Assembly (NCBI GenBank): GCA_013265495.1
Contig: MU058387.1
Span: 744,001-808,000, forward strand
Origin: Vicugna vicugna
Taxonomy: Eukaryota
DNA: 64,000 bases
Reading direction: 5' to 3'
The notes beneath the pieces are model-generated. The model was not told where the DNA came from. It did no database searches and was given only the letters and a program-made list of their open reading frames with translations. This document shows, in pieces, positions 24,756 through 38,870 of the stretch (its first letter is position 1; each line of letters begins with the position of its first letter). The position numbers were made by a program, and so were the translations under genes.

Positions 24756-27700
24756 GATTTCCTCTAGAGATCGCGGAACATTCAGCTCAGCTAAGCTCTG
24801 TGAACAGTGAGGCTTATGTCCTCCCAGCAGGTGGACTGCAGAAGGCTTGTGCGATTCCTCTACAAAACAAGGAGTCTGGCTACTTCTTGGAGATTAGCCA
24901 TCTCTGTCCTCCTCAAGGTGGGTCCTTTGAGGATTTGCCCCTTCCCCTGTTTCATAAGGGGACAAATAGAGACCAAGGAGTGAAAAGGCAGTAGGCTTTG
25001 CCTCTGTTTGTAGAACCTCACTGACCTGTGGGAAGGAGGGCGCTTGGGGAGCAGGGGTTTTTGAGGCAGAAGCACATGGTTTTGTCCCATGTCTTTCCTA
25101 AGCAGGTCCTTCAGTTTCTTACTGAATGGAAAGAGGACCTCTGCCCTGCTCGGGCAGTGGGAAGGACTATTGTAAGAAGAATGAACTCTGGAATTAAAAG
25201 GTGATTAGAAAACCTTAACAGTCACGTGTGCGGGGAGGCAGGCATTCGTACTGAGACAATGGTCATTGCTAAGTATGTTTCCAACTGAGGTGAATTTTCT
25301 TTCTTTGTATAATATAGGAGGGGGTGTTCCTTATAAATGTGCTCCTGTTCAGGAAGCTTGGAGCAGCTCTGGATCAAATGGCACAAAAGATGGTGATTGA
25401 GCTTCACACTTAGTTTTCCTGCCCTTTCTTTTGTCTTTTCTTCTTTGCCTCTGTAAACTTCCTCAAGGATCTGGTGTCCCAATCCTGCCCCCGACCCCCA
25501 GTTAATGAGGACACCCCCCTGGGGAGCCCCACCTTGGCTGCTCTCTCTCCTCCTATCCTTGGGACCTTTACCTTTCTCCTCTTAGTTACCTGACCTTTGG
25601 AAATTGATTTTCACTGTAAAATATAGATGCTTTACTGACTTCGGATGTTAATGGACATGGTATGTGAGTGTCTAGCTCAGTGCCTGGTATGTGTTGACCA
25701 CTTCTCCCTGCTTCTCATTCTTCCCACCCCCCCTTTTCCTTAGCATCCTGTTCCCTTCAGGACTTGCAGGTCAGTCTTTCATCTTTGAGGTTCCAGCTGC
25801 GACGTTAACTTGAGAGTAAGCCCTTTCAGACAAATAGCAACATTGTGATAGCAATTTCCTAGCAACCACAGCCCTTCACTGAGAAGAAGGACTGTGTTCA
25901 TGGTGGATCTCTTGGGCATTGTGGCAAACTACTGAGGACTCGGGGGGGCAAAAAGAAGGCACTTTAGCCACGACAGGCAATTGTCATTTTGCCTTTAAAC
26001 ACTGTTCTTGGATTTCCTTTAGAAAGAAAAGAGGAAGTGTCTGCCCAAAGCAGCCCTGTCATTACCCCACATCCTTGGCAGCTGACCGTCTATTGTTAAG
26101 GTGACCCATGTCGATGCGAGTTTCCTTTTTCTATCCTGGGATGGAGAGAAGGGCAAAACTGGGCTCCTCCGGTTCCCTGGGCTGACCAGGAAAAGCTCCG
26201 GGGGCAGCAAGGCGAGCGGAACCCAGTGCGGAGTACTGTGTGCTGGAACTGTGGTCCACAGCAGGACAGGGGCAGCAGGAGAAAGAGATTATTTCCTGCA
26301 GCGAACACCGCCTTGGATGCATTTAACTCAGCCCTGAGACGTAAACATTAGAGACAACGAACCAGTGGGAACCGGGACACTGTGAGCGCACTTCGGAGTT
26401 CTAATAATAATCTGCAGACGGTCACAGTAAGGAATGTGTTTAAGAATTTTAGATGGGCATTGTTTGGTCGCTGAGCCCTTTGGTGACCACGGTTAGTTTT
26501 GGTTTAATCAGAGCAACTAAGAAATACATTAATCTTGCTGAACACCAATGAGACAATGGCAGAATATCAATCGTGAGATAATGCTCTTAAAGCATTTCTT
26601 TTTTCTGGGTCTTTGGAAGGATTTTGCATCAGTGATAACAATCGTCATGAGCACCCTCGTTACCAAGGTGTTTTTTTTTTTTTTTTAAGTTTTGGCCAGT
26701 TCAGTTTTAGGATCATGTTAATTAAATATGACAGAGTCTTAGTGGCGTTTATAGATGTCGGTATGTCCATTTCACCTGCTATCGGAGTCTTTAAACAGGT
26801 TTTCTCGAAATGGCCATGTCATCTTTCAATCTTAGAAGGAAATCAGGAGTAGAAAGTGACAAGCTTTCATACCAAATAAGACTGTGTATCTCCAGTACCC
26901 ACGTTTCCTATCTTCCACCACTGACAGCCATCACCCAGGAGAGGAGAGTTGTCATTTTGATCCAAATTATACCTTGTCTCCTTCAAAGCTGTTCTCTTGT
27001 TCCAGTGCCGAGTTTGCTTTGAATATTAAGGGCGAAAGCCCTTGGATTCCATAGATTTCACATCCCAACTCCAGGTTAGAATCTTTGTGAAGATATTGTG
27101 AAAGACTGGGTAGATACACGTGAAAACTGAACAGGTACAAACTGAGCTCTCTTCATTGTAGGCATCAGGATTCATAGCCGTGCTTTCCTACCTCACCCTG
27201 ACCACAGTATTGAAAGCAGCTAAGTGAATTCGCATGTAGAGGTTAATTGTTTTTAAAGCATTGTATTGGTATGCTTTAATTTATACACTCAATGAAAGAG
27301 CAAAGAGTGAAGTGTACGGTTTTAAGGAATTCCTTATGCTTGTGTTTTCCCTTAAATTTTCGTAATTCCTGGAAAACAGCTCTGATATCTTAATATATTC
27401 CATTATACTTATTTTCATTGTACTCTGCACTGAGTCAGGAGTTTAGATTTTAAAGTATTCGTTGTTCATAGGAGTTAGCTTTGAAGAAAGTATCTGTTTA
27501 TAGTTCTCAGTGGTACTGTGTTCGGTGGGGTGTAATTACAGTGTCTTTTGGGCTCTGATGACAGTCAAAGGATTTGGAACCCTGAGCTTCATCTGATTTG
27601 CTCAAGGCTGTCACTGTTTAAAATGAATATTCTTTCATTTCAGCACAGGGTGCTCTCTGCTAATGTGTTTCTCTAGAAGAGTACCTAATTTTTAAGAGTC

Positions 27701-28360
27701 AACATGATGTTAGCTTCGGGTCAGCTATAATATGTTTCTATCTGTATCTACTATAAAACTTTTATATTCAAGAATTTCTTCTAAAATGGAAATGGTCATA
27801 CTCTTATATGTGAGTTTCAGAAACTTTAACAAACTATAAACATAAAGTTGTGGAGTAAGGAGGATATTGAAATATGAGGTGACCAGTTGGTGCCTATTAT
27901 GACATTTTAGTGTAATGGTTCATAATTGGCAGTTTGAAAAAGATAACCCAATGGATGGGGTGGTTGATGTGGGCATTAGAAGGGAGAAATGGTTTATCTA
28001 ATCTCTGGGCGCTTCCCTTCCACTGACACGTGCAAAGTCTACATCAAAGACTGGTTCCAGAAAAAGGAGAATCAAAGACAATCATCACCCATCTGGTATT
28101 GAATATTTCCTTGACTTTCTTACCACGATGGAGCAGAAGGATTCGTAACAAGGTGGGCGGGGGTGAGTGCGCTGGGGCAGAGCCGTGGCGGGACACTCCT
28201 CTGACTCAGTGCATCTGATGTTTGAAGAACACAGCTAGCACCTTCTTTTCTTACCAAGTGTGTCTTAAACTCAGAGTTCTGAGTGGCCTCTGTTTCCCAA
28301 GCCGCCTGCATAAATCATGTGTCAAGGGACTCCTTTGTTTTGCAGTCAGTGAAATGGACA

Positions 28361-28390
28361 TGTGTGTGTGTGTGTGTGTGTCTGTGTGTG
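28361..28390. repeat. (TG)n microsatellite
   Basis: (TG)10 TC (TG)4. Confidence 0.95.
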
Positions 28391-29229
28391 TTTGGAGTTG
28401 GGGGATGCTAGTGCCAATTTATTAGGACTTTATATATAATCTACTGTTAGTCTTATCTATGCAACCTCAAGGCTCTATGCCTTGAGGATGAGCATTGTCA
28501 TCTGACAGCTGTATGGTGGTGAGACAAACCATGAAACGTTGAGAACCACCCACCAGCCTGAATAGCGCTGGTCCCGCTCTTGTGCCTGGCCCTCACTGTC
28601 GCAGACGACATGGTTGATGTCCTGTCTGTCTGTAAGTCATCCCTTAGCTTTGGGTTTTCTCATTTCCGTGGCTTTACTTGTATCAGAAACCTAGGATTTC
28701 CTCTGCTCCGCTTATCTAAATCCTCCTCTTCTTTCAAGGCCAATCTCAAGTGGCTTATCTTCCACAAAGGATCCCCAGGATGCTTTGACGCCTCGCGGGT
28801 CCCTTTTCCCCTGAGCCCATGGCATTATCAGCTACACCACGTGTCCCGTGGTTCCTCAGCTATTCATCATTAGCTTTGTACTTTATGTTGTCCTTCTCTT
28901 GTTATTATTCACCCTTGATTCCCATTAACTTCCCAAGCAGGTAAGTGTTACCTTCTCAACCAAGTCACAGGGAGCAGGGCAGAGTGTCTTAGAATGTTCG
29001 GTGTTACGTCCGTCAGTTAATCAGGTCTCGTGTTCATGGCGGGGCTTGTTACAAGGCGTGTATTGGTTCATTGACTATAATAAGATGGTGGAGTACAGAC
29101 AGTAAGTAGATTTTGATACTCTTTTATAGCTCAGTTGTGCTACACGCAGACAGGCACAGAGTCTGTGCTGGGCTCAGCCGCTGGGCCCGCAGAAACACAC
29201 TCTGGCTTTGCTTTCTTCCCTTTAGTGAG

Positions 29230-29430
29230 CCAGCCATGTGCCATGCTCTGTGGTGGGTCCTTCACACACACACTAGTTTATTTAATCCTCCCAGGGGCTC
29301 TTGAGTTAGCTGTGATTACTTACATTTTCCAGATGAATGAGGGGCACAGAGAATTTGAGTCTCCTGCCCAAAGTCTCAGGGCCAGTCAAGGTGGTTACGA
29401 ACCACCTTGGTTTTGAACACAGGTCTGAGT
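29230..29430 (-). mobile_element. MIR SINE
   Basis: ATGTGCCATGCTCTG...TTTAATCCTCCCAG...CATTTTCCAGATGAATGAGGGGCACAGAGA...TGCCCAAAGTCTCA...TTTGAACACAGGTCTG (antisense MIR). Confidence 0.7.
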
Positions 29431-30664
29431 TACTCTCGAGAGGGCTCTGATCCCTGCTTTCCTGATGCCAGGTCCCCGCTGCATACAGACTCATATCTCA
29501 GTTCTAGCTTTGCGGTTCTTGGCCATTCTAATCACTGATTAGCCAGAGTTTCTGTGTTAGCATCTTTCTTTGGCTGAGTCATCCTTTGGGTCGTTTGGAC
29601 CTCATAGTTAGCAACCCAGGATTGTCCAACAGCCTCCCTGGGAGGGAAGTTTGCGTCTGTTGTAAATGGAAGGGCGGGTGGGGAGTTACTGGCAAGAGCC
29701 AGCATATCGCAGAGAAGAAATTCTGCTGATGGTGAGAGAAGGGAACGCTCCCTCCTCTGTCATTGCCGTCCATTCACAGATAGCACGGAGCACAATTTTA
29801 TCCTTGGAAGCAAAGAGTAATTGAGCTTCTTTTTCAGTGAAGAACAATTGGATTTTTCTTTACTCACTTTTAATGCTATGTTAGCATTCGCTGATACAAT
29901 GAAGAAGCAAGCTGACATCTGTCGAGACAATTCCTGATTCAGATGTGGATTTCTTTATGTGATGTTGTGATTGGAGAGTTACTTGATGGCGAAGGAGCTT
30001 ACACATTTGCTAAGGGTAGAAAAATATCTCCGCTCCTTCTGTTGGGTGTGCCAGCTCTTTCAGCTGTTCAAGAAACAGGATGTAAGGAGCAATTGTTTAG
30101 AAATGACAGCATGGGGTGAATTCTGGCATCAGGTATCAGAGATTCTATTCTTAGCTGTGCTTTTGGGTTGCTGATTTAGAGTGAGTGGTTTTCCCCTCAG
30201 TGTCCTCACGTGGGTGATGAAGTCTACGGCAGTATTTTCTTAACCAGTATTTGGGTTTGTTAGCTCCTTTTGACATTCTCAAGTTAACACTATCTGAAGA
30301 TTTAAGACATCTGAGCCACCTCTGAAGGCCTCATGAAGTATTTGAGCCATCAAAGCAATCTGGCTTATTGTGTCTTCCTCATTTATTTTTATCAATCAGA
30401 GTTAAAACAGTCATTCTCAAATCTGTGTGCATCCGGATTCACCTGGGAACTTGTAAACGCAGTGATGATGGTTGGCCTGTGGGAGAGCTGATCTCCGGGG
30501 AAGATCCCAGGAGTCTCCCTTTTCAAAGAGCTTCCCAGGAAGGCATAAAGTAGTCTAGTGGTGAAGCACCTCTGGTTGCACCATTAACCAGCTCAAAAAT
30601 AGTCCATTCAGAACTTGCTCATGACTGTTTGATTGTTCTGTCGTTGGGTTAATCAATGTAATAA

Positions 30665-30775
30665 GTAAAAATATAGGATGCCTGATTAAATTCGAATTTC
30701 GGATAAACAGTGAATATTTGTTTGCATGGGTAGGTCCTGTGTGCTATTTGTATCTCCTTTTGCCTGGCGACCTTT
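30665..30775. mobile_element. MER53-like hAT DNA transposon fragment
   Basis: AAATATAGGATGCCTGATTAAATTCGAATTTCGGATAAACA...CCTGGCGACC resembles the MER53 terminal inverted repeat region; internally deleted. Confidence 0.5.
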
Positions 30776-32329
30776 CTTGCTCAGAAAGCCAGAACAGGCT
30801 GGGTTCTTTCACAAATCTTAATCCTGGGGGGTCAAAAAGGATACCGAGACAAACAGAGGTTTGTGGAGATCTGTTAACTTGGATCTTAAACCTGTTGAGG
30901 ATCATTATACTAGAAAGAAATTTGAAGATACCTTTTTAAAAGTTTTCATTTATGAATTCTTCCTTTTATGGGGCATTTTGCCGGTGGCGCATTCAGTTTT
31001 ACTCCTGAAATAAATTGAAGGATTTTTTTTTTTGAGTGCAAAGGAATCTAGCCACACAGCTCGTATGAAGCCATCACTTCATGTGGAAATTTGTTCCAGC
31101 GTTTCTTACGTGGCTACAACTACCTTTTCCTAAAGTTTCCAAACTTTATTTTGATGAGGAATCTGAGACCTGCCTGTTGACTAATTTGATGTCTTCCCAA
31201 AGAGTTATTCTCCCAGATGGAGTAGTTTCTACTTTTTCTGAGTTGCATCTTTTTAGTCTCCTTGGAAGAAATTTACCCAAGACATACCAGGTAAGGTAGG
31301 AAATGAAGGCCTTGGCCATCGTTCAAGAGCAGATCAGGTCATGGCCAACAGCACAGGATGCGCTTTCGCTGAAATTGATCTCTGGGTACCACCCACGCTT
31401 TGTATAGACTTACTCAGCAGTAAAGACCTGTGGTCATTCGGTAAGCAAATATTCTCTCTTTGACTTTTATTAAATAAGTTACCAGATGTGATTTGCTGGG
31501 CACTCAGCAGGCACGCTTGTCTTGTGCATGTGCTCAGAGCCTGTGACATGTGGTTGTGATTGTCAAGGGGATAGTTCAGCTGCCCGGACCCAACAACCTT
31601 ATCATCCTCTGAAGGTTGTTGATTCCCGACCTTTGCTCCTGGGGTTTTACCATCTCACTGAGATCTTGAAACCTGGACCCAGATGACCCTCCACAGTCCT
31701 TCTGTCTAATACAGGCTGAAGGTAAATATTGAGTGTGTACATCTGATAGTCCTGGGTACCCTGGAGTGGAGTGTGGGGTCGAGCAAGGGGCTCCATGACT
31801 TAGAACCCCATTTCCCATTTGCTGGGGCTGATGACAATTTGTTCTGATTGAACTATGTCTTCAGACTCAACAAATGTCTACCCGATGCCTCTGTTTCTCC
31901 CTCAAAACATTATTTTTGAATGGCTTTAAGGACTTCTGCAGCTCGAGAAGAATGAGTGTCCTCATAGTGACTCACCTTTGTCGTAAGTGGAAATGGGGAG
32001 CTGAAAGTTCTGTGTTCTGGGATGGGCACACCCGGCTCCACAGCGGTAATCCCAGGCATAGGGCAGCTAAATGAAGTGTGGAGAGATGAACAGTGGGCCC
32101 CGAGGCTCTGAGCCAGAGTTGTTTACGGTGAGTGTTGAAAACCCTGCCCCGGATGGTCCTCCGTTTACTGCGGGGCAGTCGGGCTCATAAATGAACAACC
32201 TGCAGCAGCAATTTCAAGCCTCTCTAAGAGCTGGAGAGAGCGCTCGAGAGAGGAAGGGACACAGAATGGGACCTCCTTTCTTCCAGCTCAGCCACCTGCT
32301 AGCCATAGGTCCACTGCCGCGAAGCGTCT

Positions 32330-32485
32330 TTACTTCTGAGCGTCTAATTGTTCATCTGTAAAGAAATAATACTACTACCTACTTGGCTGGGTGTCCGGAA
32401 GATTCAAGTGAGTAATGTATGTTAAGTGCTTCTTAGCACAGTGTCTGGGAGGGACATGGCTTTTAAGGGGCTCAGTAAACCTTAA
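32330..32485 (+). mobile_element. MIR SINE fragment
   Basis: TTCATCTGTAAAGAAATAATACTACCTAC...GATTCAAGTGAGTAATGTATGTTAAGTGCTT...AGCACAGTGTCTGG. Confidence 0.7.
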
Positions 32486-35400
32486 TTCTTGTTTGTGAAG
32501 GCATATTCTAGAACTGGGAAGGATGCTTACTGCACTAAGACTCAAAGAGATTATTCACAACCTTGTATATTTGTACTCTGAGCTTCCTCTGATTCATAAT
32601 CTACCACCGAGTTCACCAATGACCAATCTTGAGATAAAATGATCTTTTCCTTGCAATCTAGGCTGTATTTGAAATGCTGACTATTAGAGGTCGTCTCAGA
32701 ACCTCATAACCGACCCCTCAGTTGTTTGGATTTCTTTCATATTTGCTGCTATTTTAATTATATGTGTTTTCTTATTTTCCTTGTAAGACAAGACCTGTGT
32801 ATTTTCATCCCTGTGGTTATCTTTTGATGCCTCAAAGTACTTGGCTGTTTTCCTCTGTTTGGGCATAGAGGCAGGGATGTCATAATTTATCCAAAAGTAT
32901 TTGCTGTCTGCAAACAGTAGAGAGAGTTCCTTACCTTTACAAAGTGCTAAAACATTATCATTGTTTTGTGTTGGTGCTTGCAAACTCAGAACTTTACGTT
33001 ACTAAAAGCTTTCAACACCTTTTTTTTCCTTCTTTGAAAAATAATCAGTGTATTGCCTCTAGCACTCTTTCAAGGAAAGCCAAAGACTGTGTTTTCCAAC
33101 TTCTGAAAAATCTAATCCCTAAAGCAGTGGCAGTACAAACTGCTTGTACCTTTCGCAAGCAGGCAAACCAGTCACTTGTGGTTTTTTGTTTCCAAATGCA
33201 TTTCAGATTTACAGCTCTCCGTATTAACACTAATGACTTGCTTGATGGTAGAAACACCCTGTTGCATCAGAGAAAGGGCATTACAGACACTCCTCAGAAA
33301 TGTTTCAGATACACCCCCAGGAGCACCGATGCACTGCTCCGCGGGGAGCAGAGATTCTGAAGGCCAGTCTGAATCGTGGACACGAAATTCACACGATGCG
33401 CACGTTTCGTAGTTCTGTTTAGAAAAAGTGAAAAGGCAGCTCTGTCCATGCGTGCTCCTGATCTTAAATACTGTTATTCTTCCAAATATAGCTCAGGACA
33501 TTTGTCAGTGAACTGTGAAGCTCTTGTTAAAAATAAAATGGAAATTCAAATCTCAAAATGAACGCGGAGCGATTTGTAACATTGCCTGTTTTTCAGTTTG
33601 GGTCGGTGACTCCGAGGCCCGTGGAATGCCCATTGTGGGTGACCCCCATTTAAATAATTATTCAGAGGCTATCGGATCTTATCATTCAGATGTCTTCTTT
33701 GGCTGTTGGTGTAGAAAACTACAAAGCTGAATTGATTTTTTTAAATGTATTTTTATACTTTGTCAATATGTATAAAAATGGAGGCGAGGAAGTGAAATGA
33801 TTCATTTTAAATGACATAGGAATCCATTTTTTTTTTCTGCAATACTGCTCCAGAACTCCTGTTGACATTACTGGGAGTTGAGTGCGAGGAGAATTCTAGT
33901 CACAAGCCCACTGCCGCTGTCTTGAAAGAAGGATGCATGGATTTTTAGTAATTCCCTGCAGCCGCGCTCCCCTTGGAGATTTTGCTTTCTAGCCAGTCTA
34001 CTATTTCTCAGTTTATTAACCTCTGAGGACCCTGCCCTGCCTTCGATGTGCATGTTCTATTTCCCCTGCTGTCAGTAGGACTTGAACAAGACGGTCAAGG
34101 ACAGACTTGGACCTTTATTCAGCAAATGGCCATCACTGCCCTTAGAGTTTGTCCTGCCGCATTGAGGAGGAAAGAGCTGGCCAGAGATATTCACTGTGGC
34201 ATGCGGTGCTGCCTTTTTGTTGTCATCTATGCACAAAAGTATACCCCGTCTGTGTATATTAAAAAATATATATATTGGCAGCTGTTCCCCCCACCAGCTC
34301 TGTGTGTGACCATTCAGAAAGCTCCAGTACATCCCACTGCAGCAGCTTGTGTGACTTGTACCAGAACACACATCACAGGCGCCCCGTGTTAACTCAGCAG
34401 CGTAAAAGCATATTGTAAACATCATTATCAGGCAAGAACATCTTTGTAAGTCCATAATCATTTTGAATAGTCACGGCAGCAGTAACAATGATAACCGCTG
34501 GACGATAAACCAGGACTCGATGGCTAAGTGGCTGTCTCTCAGAAGTCACCTTGTAAATCACAGGCAGAGTAGAAGCGGGGGACGCATTGGCTTCCAGGCA
34601 GAGCCTCCAAACTCTGACAGGGACAAAGGAAATAGACGCTAAGGGAAAGTGGGGGGTAGGTTGGGGGGAACGGGGGTGAGTACTGTAACAAATCATGTTC
34701 AGGAACTTTTTGGTTAGTTCCCCTGTTTCATTTATAGATCCCAATTCAGGAGAATTCTTTTACAACAGAGTATCGCTTCAAATTCTAGAAATGCACGAAG
34801 CGCTTTATCAGAGGATGAAATACCGCCGCCCGGTCCGGTGAGGATGCACTGAGTCTAGGTGACATCCGGGTGGCCGTCCCTGCTCCTCAAATCCGTCTGG
34901 CACTCAGAAACCTGGGATCATCTTGCAGGCCTGGGATCTGAGCTATAGAAACACAGCCCTCTGAGTTGGAACTTCATATCTTCTGCTCTGCCCTGGCCGC
35001 CCTGATAGAAGTCAGCTTTTGGAAAACACTTCAATTTTTTTTTGTTTTGAGCTGACCAGCCTCGGCAGTGACTCTCCACTCCTCCTCCACCCTTCCCTAG
35101 GGAGAAGGTCCCCCTTCCAGCTGGCCCACGTGGACCAGCTGTCTCTGACGTCCCAGGGAGCTGTGCAGAGGCTGATGGGGGGTGGTGAGGGGAGGAGGGG
35201 CTGGCCGAGACTCACATTCACGTTGCTCCATGGGTTTACAGGTTTCTCCTATTCCAGCTTTTTAAACAATATATTTCCTTTTATTTTGAAATGCGTGTCT
35301 TCTCTTGGCTAGAGTAAAGGCGGAATTATTCTGGTTCTAAAGTACACCACCCGAGCCAGCCTGTTTATGCAGAGTTGACTGTTACAAGCAGCTGCCACCA

Positions 35401-35554
35401 AAGCCCCCGGTGCCAGGACTTGAAAATTGGACGTACACCCGTTCCATTTAGGTTTAGGTTATTTCGGGAGTGGAGGAAGCCTGGGAGGCATCTGAAAATT
35501 CCTAAGTGAATTTTGATGCTCTCTCTTCCCTAGTATCTCCTTTTCCAGCTACCT

Positions 35555-35725
35555 GGAGCACATGACCTCTCAGAACCTCAGTTTTCCTTATCTGTAAAAT
35601 GGAAATAAAACTCATAGCTCGTGGGTTTATTCTGAAGATTAGAAGAAGTAGTATTCATAAGCCCTTTATGCAGTTTCTGGTTCATCTGAACTGCTTAAGA
35701 ACCTGAGTCTGTTGCCATTATCATA
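35555..35725 (+). mobile_element. MIR SINE fragment
   Basis: ACCTCTCAGAACCTCAGTTTTCCTTATCTGTAAAATGGAAATAA...GAAGATTAGA (MIR core). Confidence 0.7.
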
Positions 35726-38494
35726 TTTATGATACAGCAGATTTCTGTTGAAAACGTTTAGGGCTCGGGAGGGCAAAAATTGACAGAGGGTTCTTCAAAA
35801 GCAGCATCACTGGAGACATAATGAATCTTCTTGTGGACACGTGCACCGATGGTCCAGATAGGAGAGGGCAATCACGCCCTGTGTATGCTGTTGGGCTAAA
35901 ATCAGCTGTTATCACAAGGGGGTGCCTGGGTCCTTCCACATCCATCCAGTCTGGTTTGAGTTGTCTCAGTTTTGTCACTCAGATTCGCATCTTGTCTTTC
36001 TTTCTGTTTTTAGTTGTTTGGATTTCTCCCAAAGTATTTGTGGCTAAAATTCCTTTTGGACTCTGAGCTGCCTTTTTTTTTCTTTCTTTTTTTTTTTTTA
36101 CATAAGCTTTGGATTGGAATCAATAGAATGTCAAGATGCCAGGCACATTCAGCCTAATAGCAGGTGGGTGTCTGCTGGCCAGTGTGCTGGATTGGCCTGA
36201 CAGTAGCAAATTTAGGCCAGGATTAATGAGCCAGAGAAGATGCTGCTGGTGGTGCAGGGTTTTTTGCAGAGTTTACACAAGTAGTTTTGTTTTCTCCTTC
36301 TCATGGGATGGTGTTTGCGCAAGAGCTGTGTGTTCATATGTGTATGTGTGTGTTACGTTTATTATATTATTGAGCCAGTTTACTTTTGGAAAACAGTCTT
36401 CCCTCCCCCACGCCTACAAATCTGGCTTGTAAACCACAACAAAGTTTAGTTTAACGTTTGTCTCTGTCTGTTTAATGCTCAGGAAGAAGGAAACATTCAA
36501 ATGCAGAGTGAATTGTTGCGTTTTTTGTTTCCACTTAGTAGATCACATTCCTGCTGTATTTTGGGCTAAAGTCAGAAAACAATGGGTCAGCAGAAGGGAG
36601 GTCCTCTGGGGTGGTAGGTGAAGGAATGGGAGTACAGCCAGACACCACGATGTTTGCATCTTGCTTCTGCTGTTGAGAAGATGTGTAACATTGAGCAAAC
36701 CTCCTGCCTTTTAATTATCTTTACCCCCTGGGTCCTTTCTTGTATGTCCGAAGGGGTTAAGAAAAAGATTAAATGTGCAAACGTCGGTGAAGTACCTGGT
36801 GTACATCTTAGATGTCCCTAAATGGTGACTTGCTGGTGCCTCAGTAGAAGTGGAAGCCCACAGAATGACTCTGGTTTCTTCCGTATTTATTCTTAGCTGG
36901 TCCTTTTGTTTTTCATAATCTGTGCCTTGCACCAGTCTTTCTCTTGTTTCTGGTTTTAATTTCAAATATCAACCCAACTCTGGAACCCAGGCCTTCTAAT
37001 CGTTGACCATGAACGCCCTTTAAGTTCACGAGACCTCCCACAGCGAGGATGGTATTAAACATTCTGATCTAGATTTGGGCAGGGGATGAATGAAATGGAA
37101 ATGGGGCTTATGCAAATCAGCTTCCATTTGTTTGGAGATGGTCAGAGGCAGCAGCAGTCGTGGGGTATTCCAGGATTCTAGAACAGGGCAAGCAGTGCTC
37201 TGAATGACAAGCCTGCGGCTTCACAGGGCTCATTACAAGATGCCACTTACCCCCAGAGAAGACGGGCCTCTATATTTTGTGGTCAAAGAAAGGAAAACAA
37301 TAGTTTGACAGTACCACTGGGCCCTCGTTCAAACAGTTTAGAGAATTCTACCACGTCTCCACTTCTTGGAACAAAATGGAGGCTGTTCGTTCCTTGGGTT
37401 CAAAGCCCCAGTCGGTCCCCACGGGCATTCCACGTCACGAGTCCAGTGACACTGAAGACTGATCCCTGGAGAAGGACCTCCGTTTTCCTCTGGAATGAAA
37501 GGTTAAATTCTCCCTATGCAGTGGTGACATTGCGTGCATTTCATAAACTGTTTTACAGTCTCCAGCATTTTTAAATATGTAGGAAAGAGATTTTGAATAG
37601 TGAAATTCTTTATTTTTATGCAGGAAAAAAATGTGTATTTATTAGAGGTAGGAGGATGGTGCCCCAGGGTTCCTTCGCCACATTTCACTTGAATGCAAAA
37701 AAGCTCTACTCTTTGGGGTCATTCTGCAGTGTTACTTCTCCATAGTGTCTTGAATTAGGATGTGTGACCAATGTGAGTCTATTGTTCCTTTTCGACTTGG
37801 GTTGTAGCCTTTGAAGGGGTGAATCCTTGGCTCTGGATGGCAGCTACGCCTGCGGACATGGATGCGGTTTGGCTTTCCCTTGGGTGTTCCCCTGCAGGGA
37901 GGGAGGTGCTGTTCCTACCACGGGGTTCGTCGTCCACATGGGCTGTTTTTCTCCTGGCGGGGTGGCAGGTGGGGACAGTTCTTGATAATGTCTGTGAGCA
38001 CCAGCATTTGGGAAGCATGGAGGAAGAACTAATTTTAAATATTTGTTTGATCACTATTTTTCTGAATCTGTTTTCATGTCTGTGAATTGTACAAAAGAAG
38101 TCTTTCTGGCATGTTCTTAGGAAGTTTACAGAAGATACTCTTTTTAGGGAACGGGAATACGATGTGTGATCTGCCGGCTTGAAGGCGCACTTAGGTCCTG
38201 CTCTTAGACCTACAGGCTGCTGGTAAGGCAAAGCAAATGGATGTCATTCTCTTCAGTAACAAGATGAGCAGTGTTCCGATATGTGTGCAGTATGACCTTA
38301 TGATTATGTGACTTGTGTGTGTGTGAGTGTGTAATGGGTAATCATAGTTTGTTTTGATTTAGGAGTCTCTGTGAAAGTGACAGAAAGCTTGAGCTGGGGA
38401 CCTCAGAAGGAGGTAGGAACTGTTTCCTCAAAGACTCACAGAGGTTGTCTTCAACTCCTCTCACAGATACTCGTTTTACTTCCTGTTTGTTTGG

Positions 38495-38870
38495 GGCAGT
38501 TTAGCAAAGTTGTTGAGAAGTCTAGAAATGAATTCAGTCTGGGTTGAAATGCTGGCATTTGTCACTCTTGATCTTGGTTTGTTACTTAACCTCTCTCTGT
38601 GGGCTCAGTTTCTTCATTGGTATGCTGGGAAGAAGTGGAGAACCTAGTTCATAATGCTACTGCACAGATTAAATGAAGACATCTTAAGCAAGGCGTCTAG
38701 CACGCAGTTAGAAATCATAGCCATTGTTGTAGTTATAATCGTTCGTGTGATGTGTATAATGGGGATAATAGTCCGATCTTAGGCAGTCATTGTGGGGATT
38801 ACATGCACTAGTTATGCATAAATTTTCCCTGCGAAGAAAGTACACAATAAAGTCTAGCTGTTTTATTATT
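38495..38870 (+). mobile_element. MIR SINE plus adjacent MIR 3' fragment
   Basis: CTGGGTTGAAATGCTGGC...GTTACTTAACCTCTCTCTGTGGGCTCAGTTTCTTCATTGG...GATTAAATGA, then TGTATAATGGGGATAATAGT...GTGGGGATTACATG. Confidence 0.7.
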
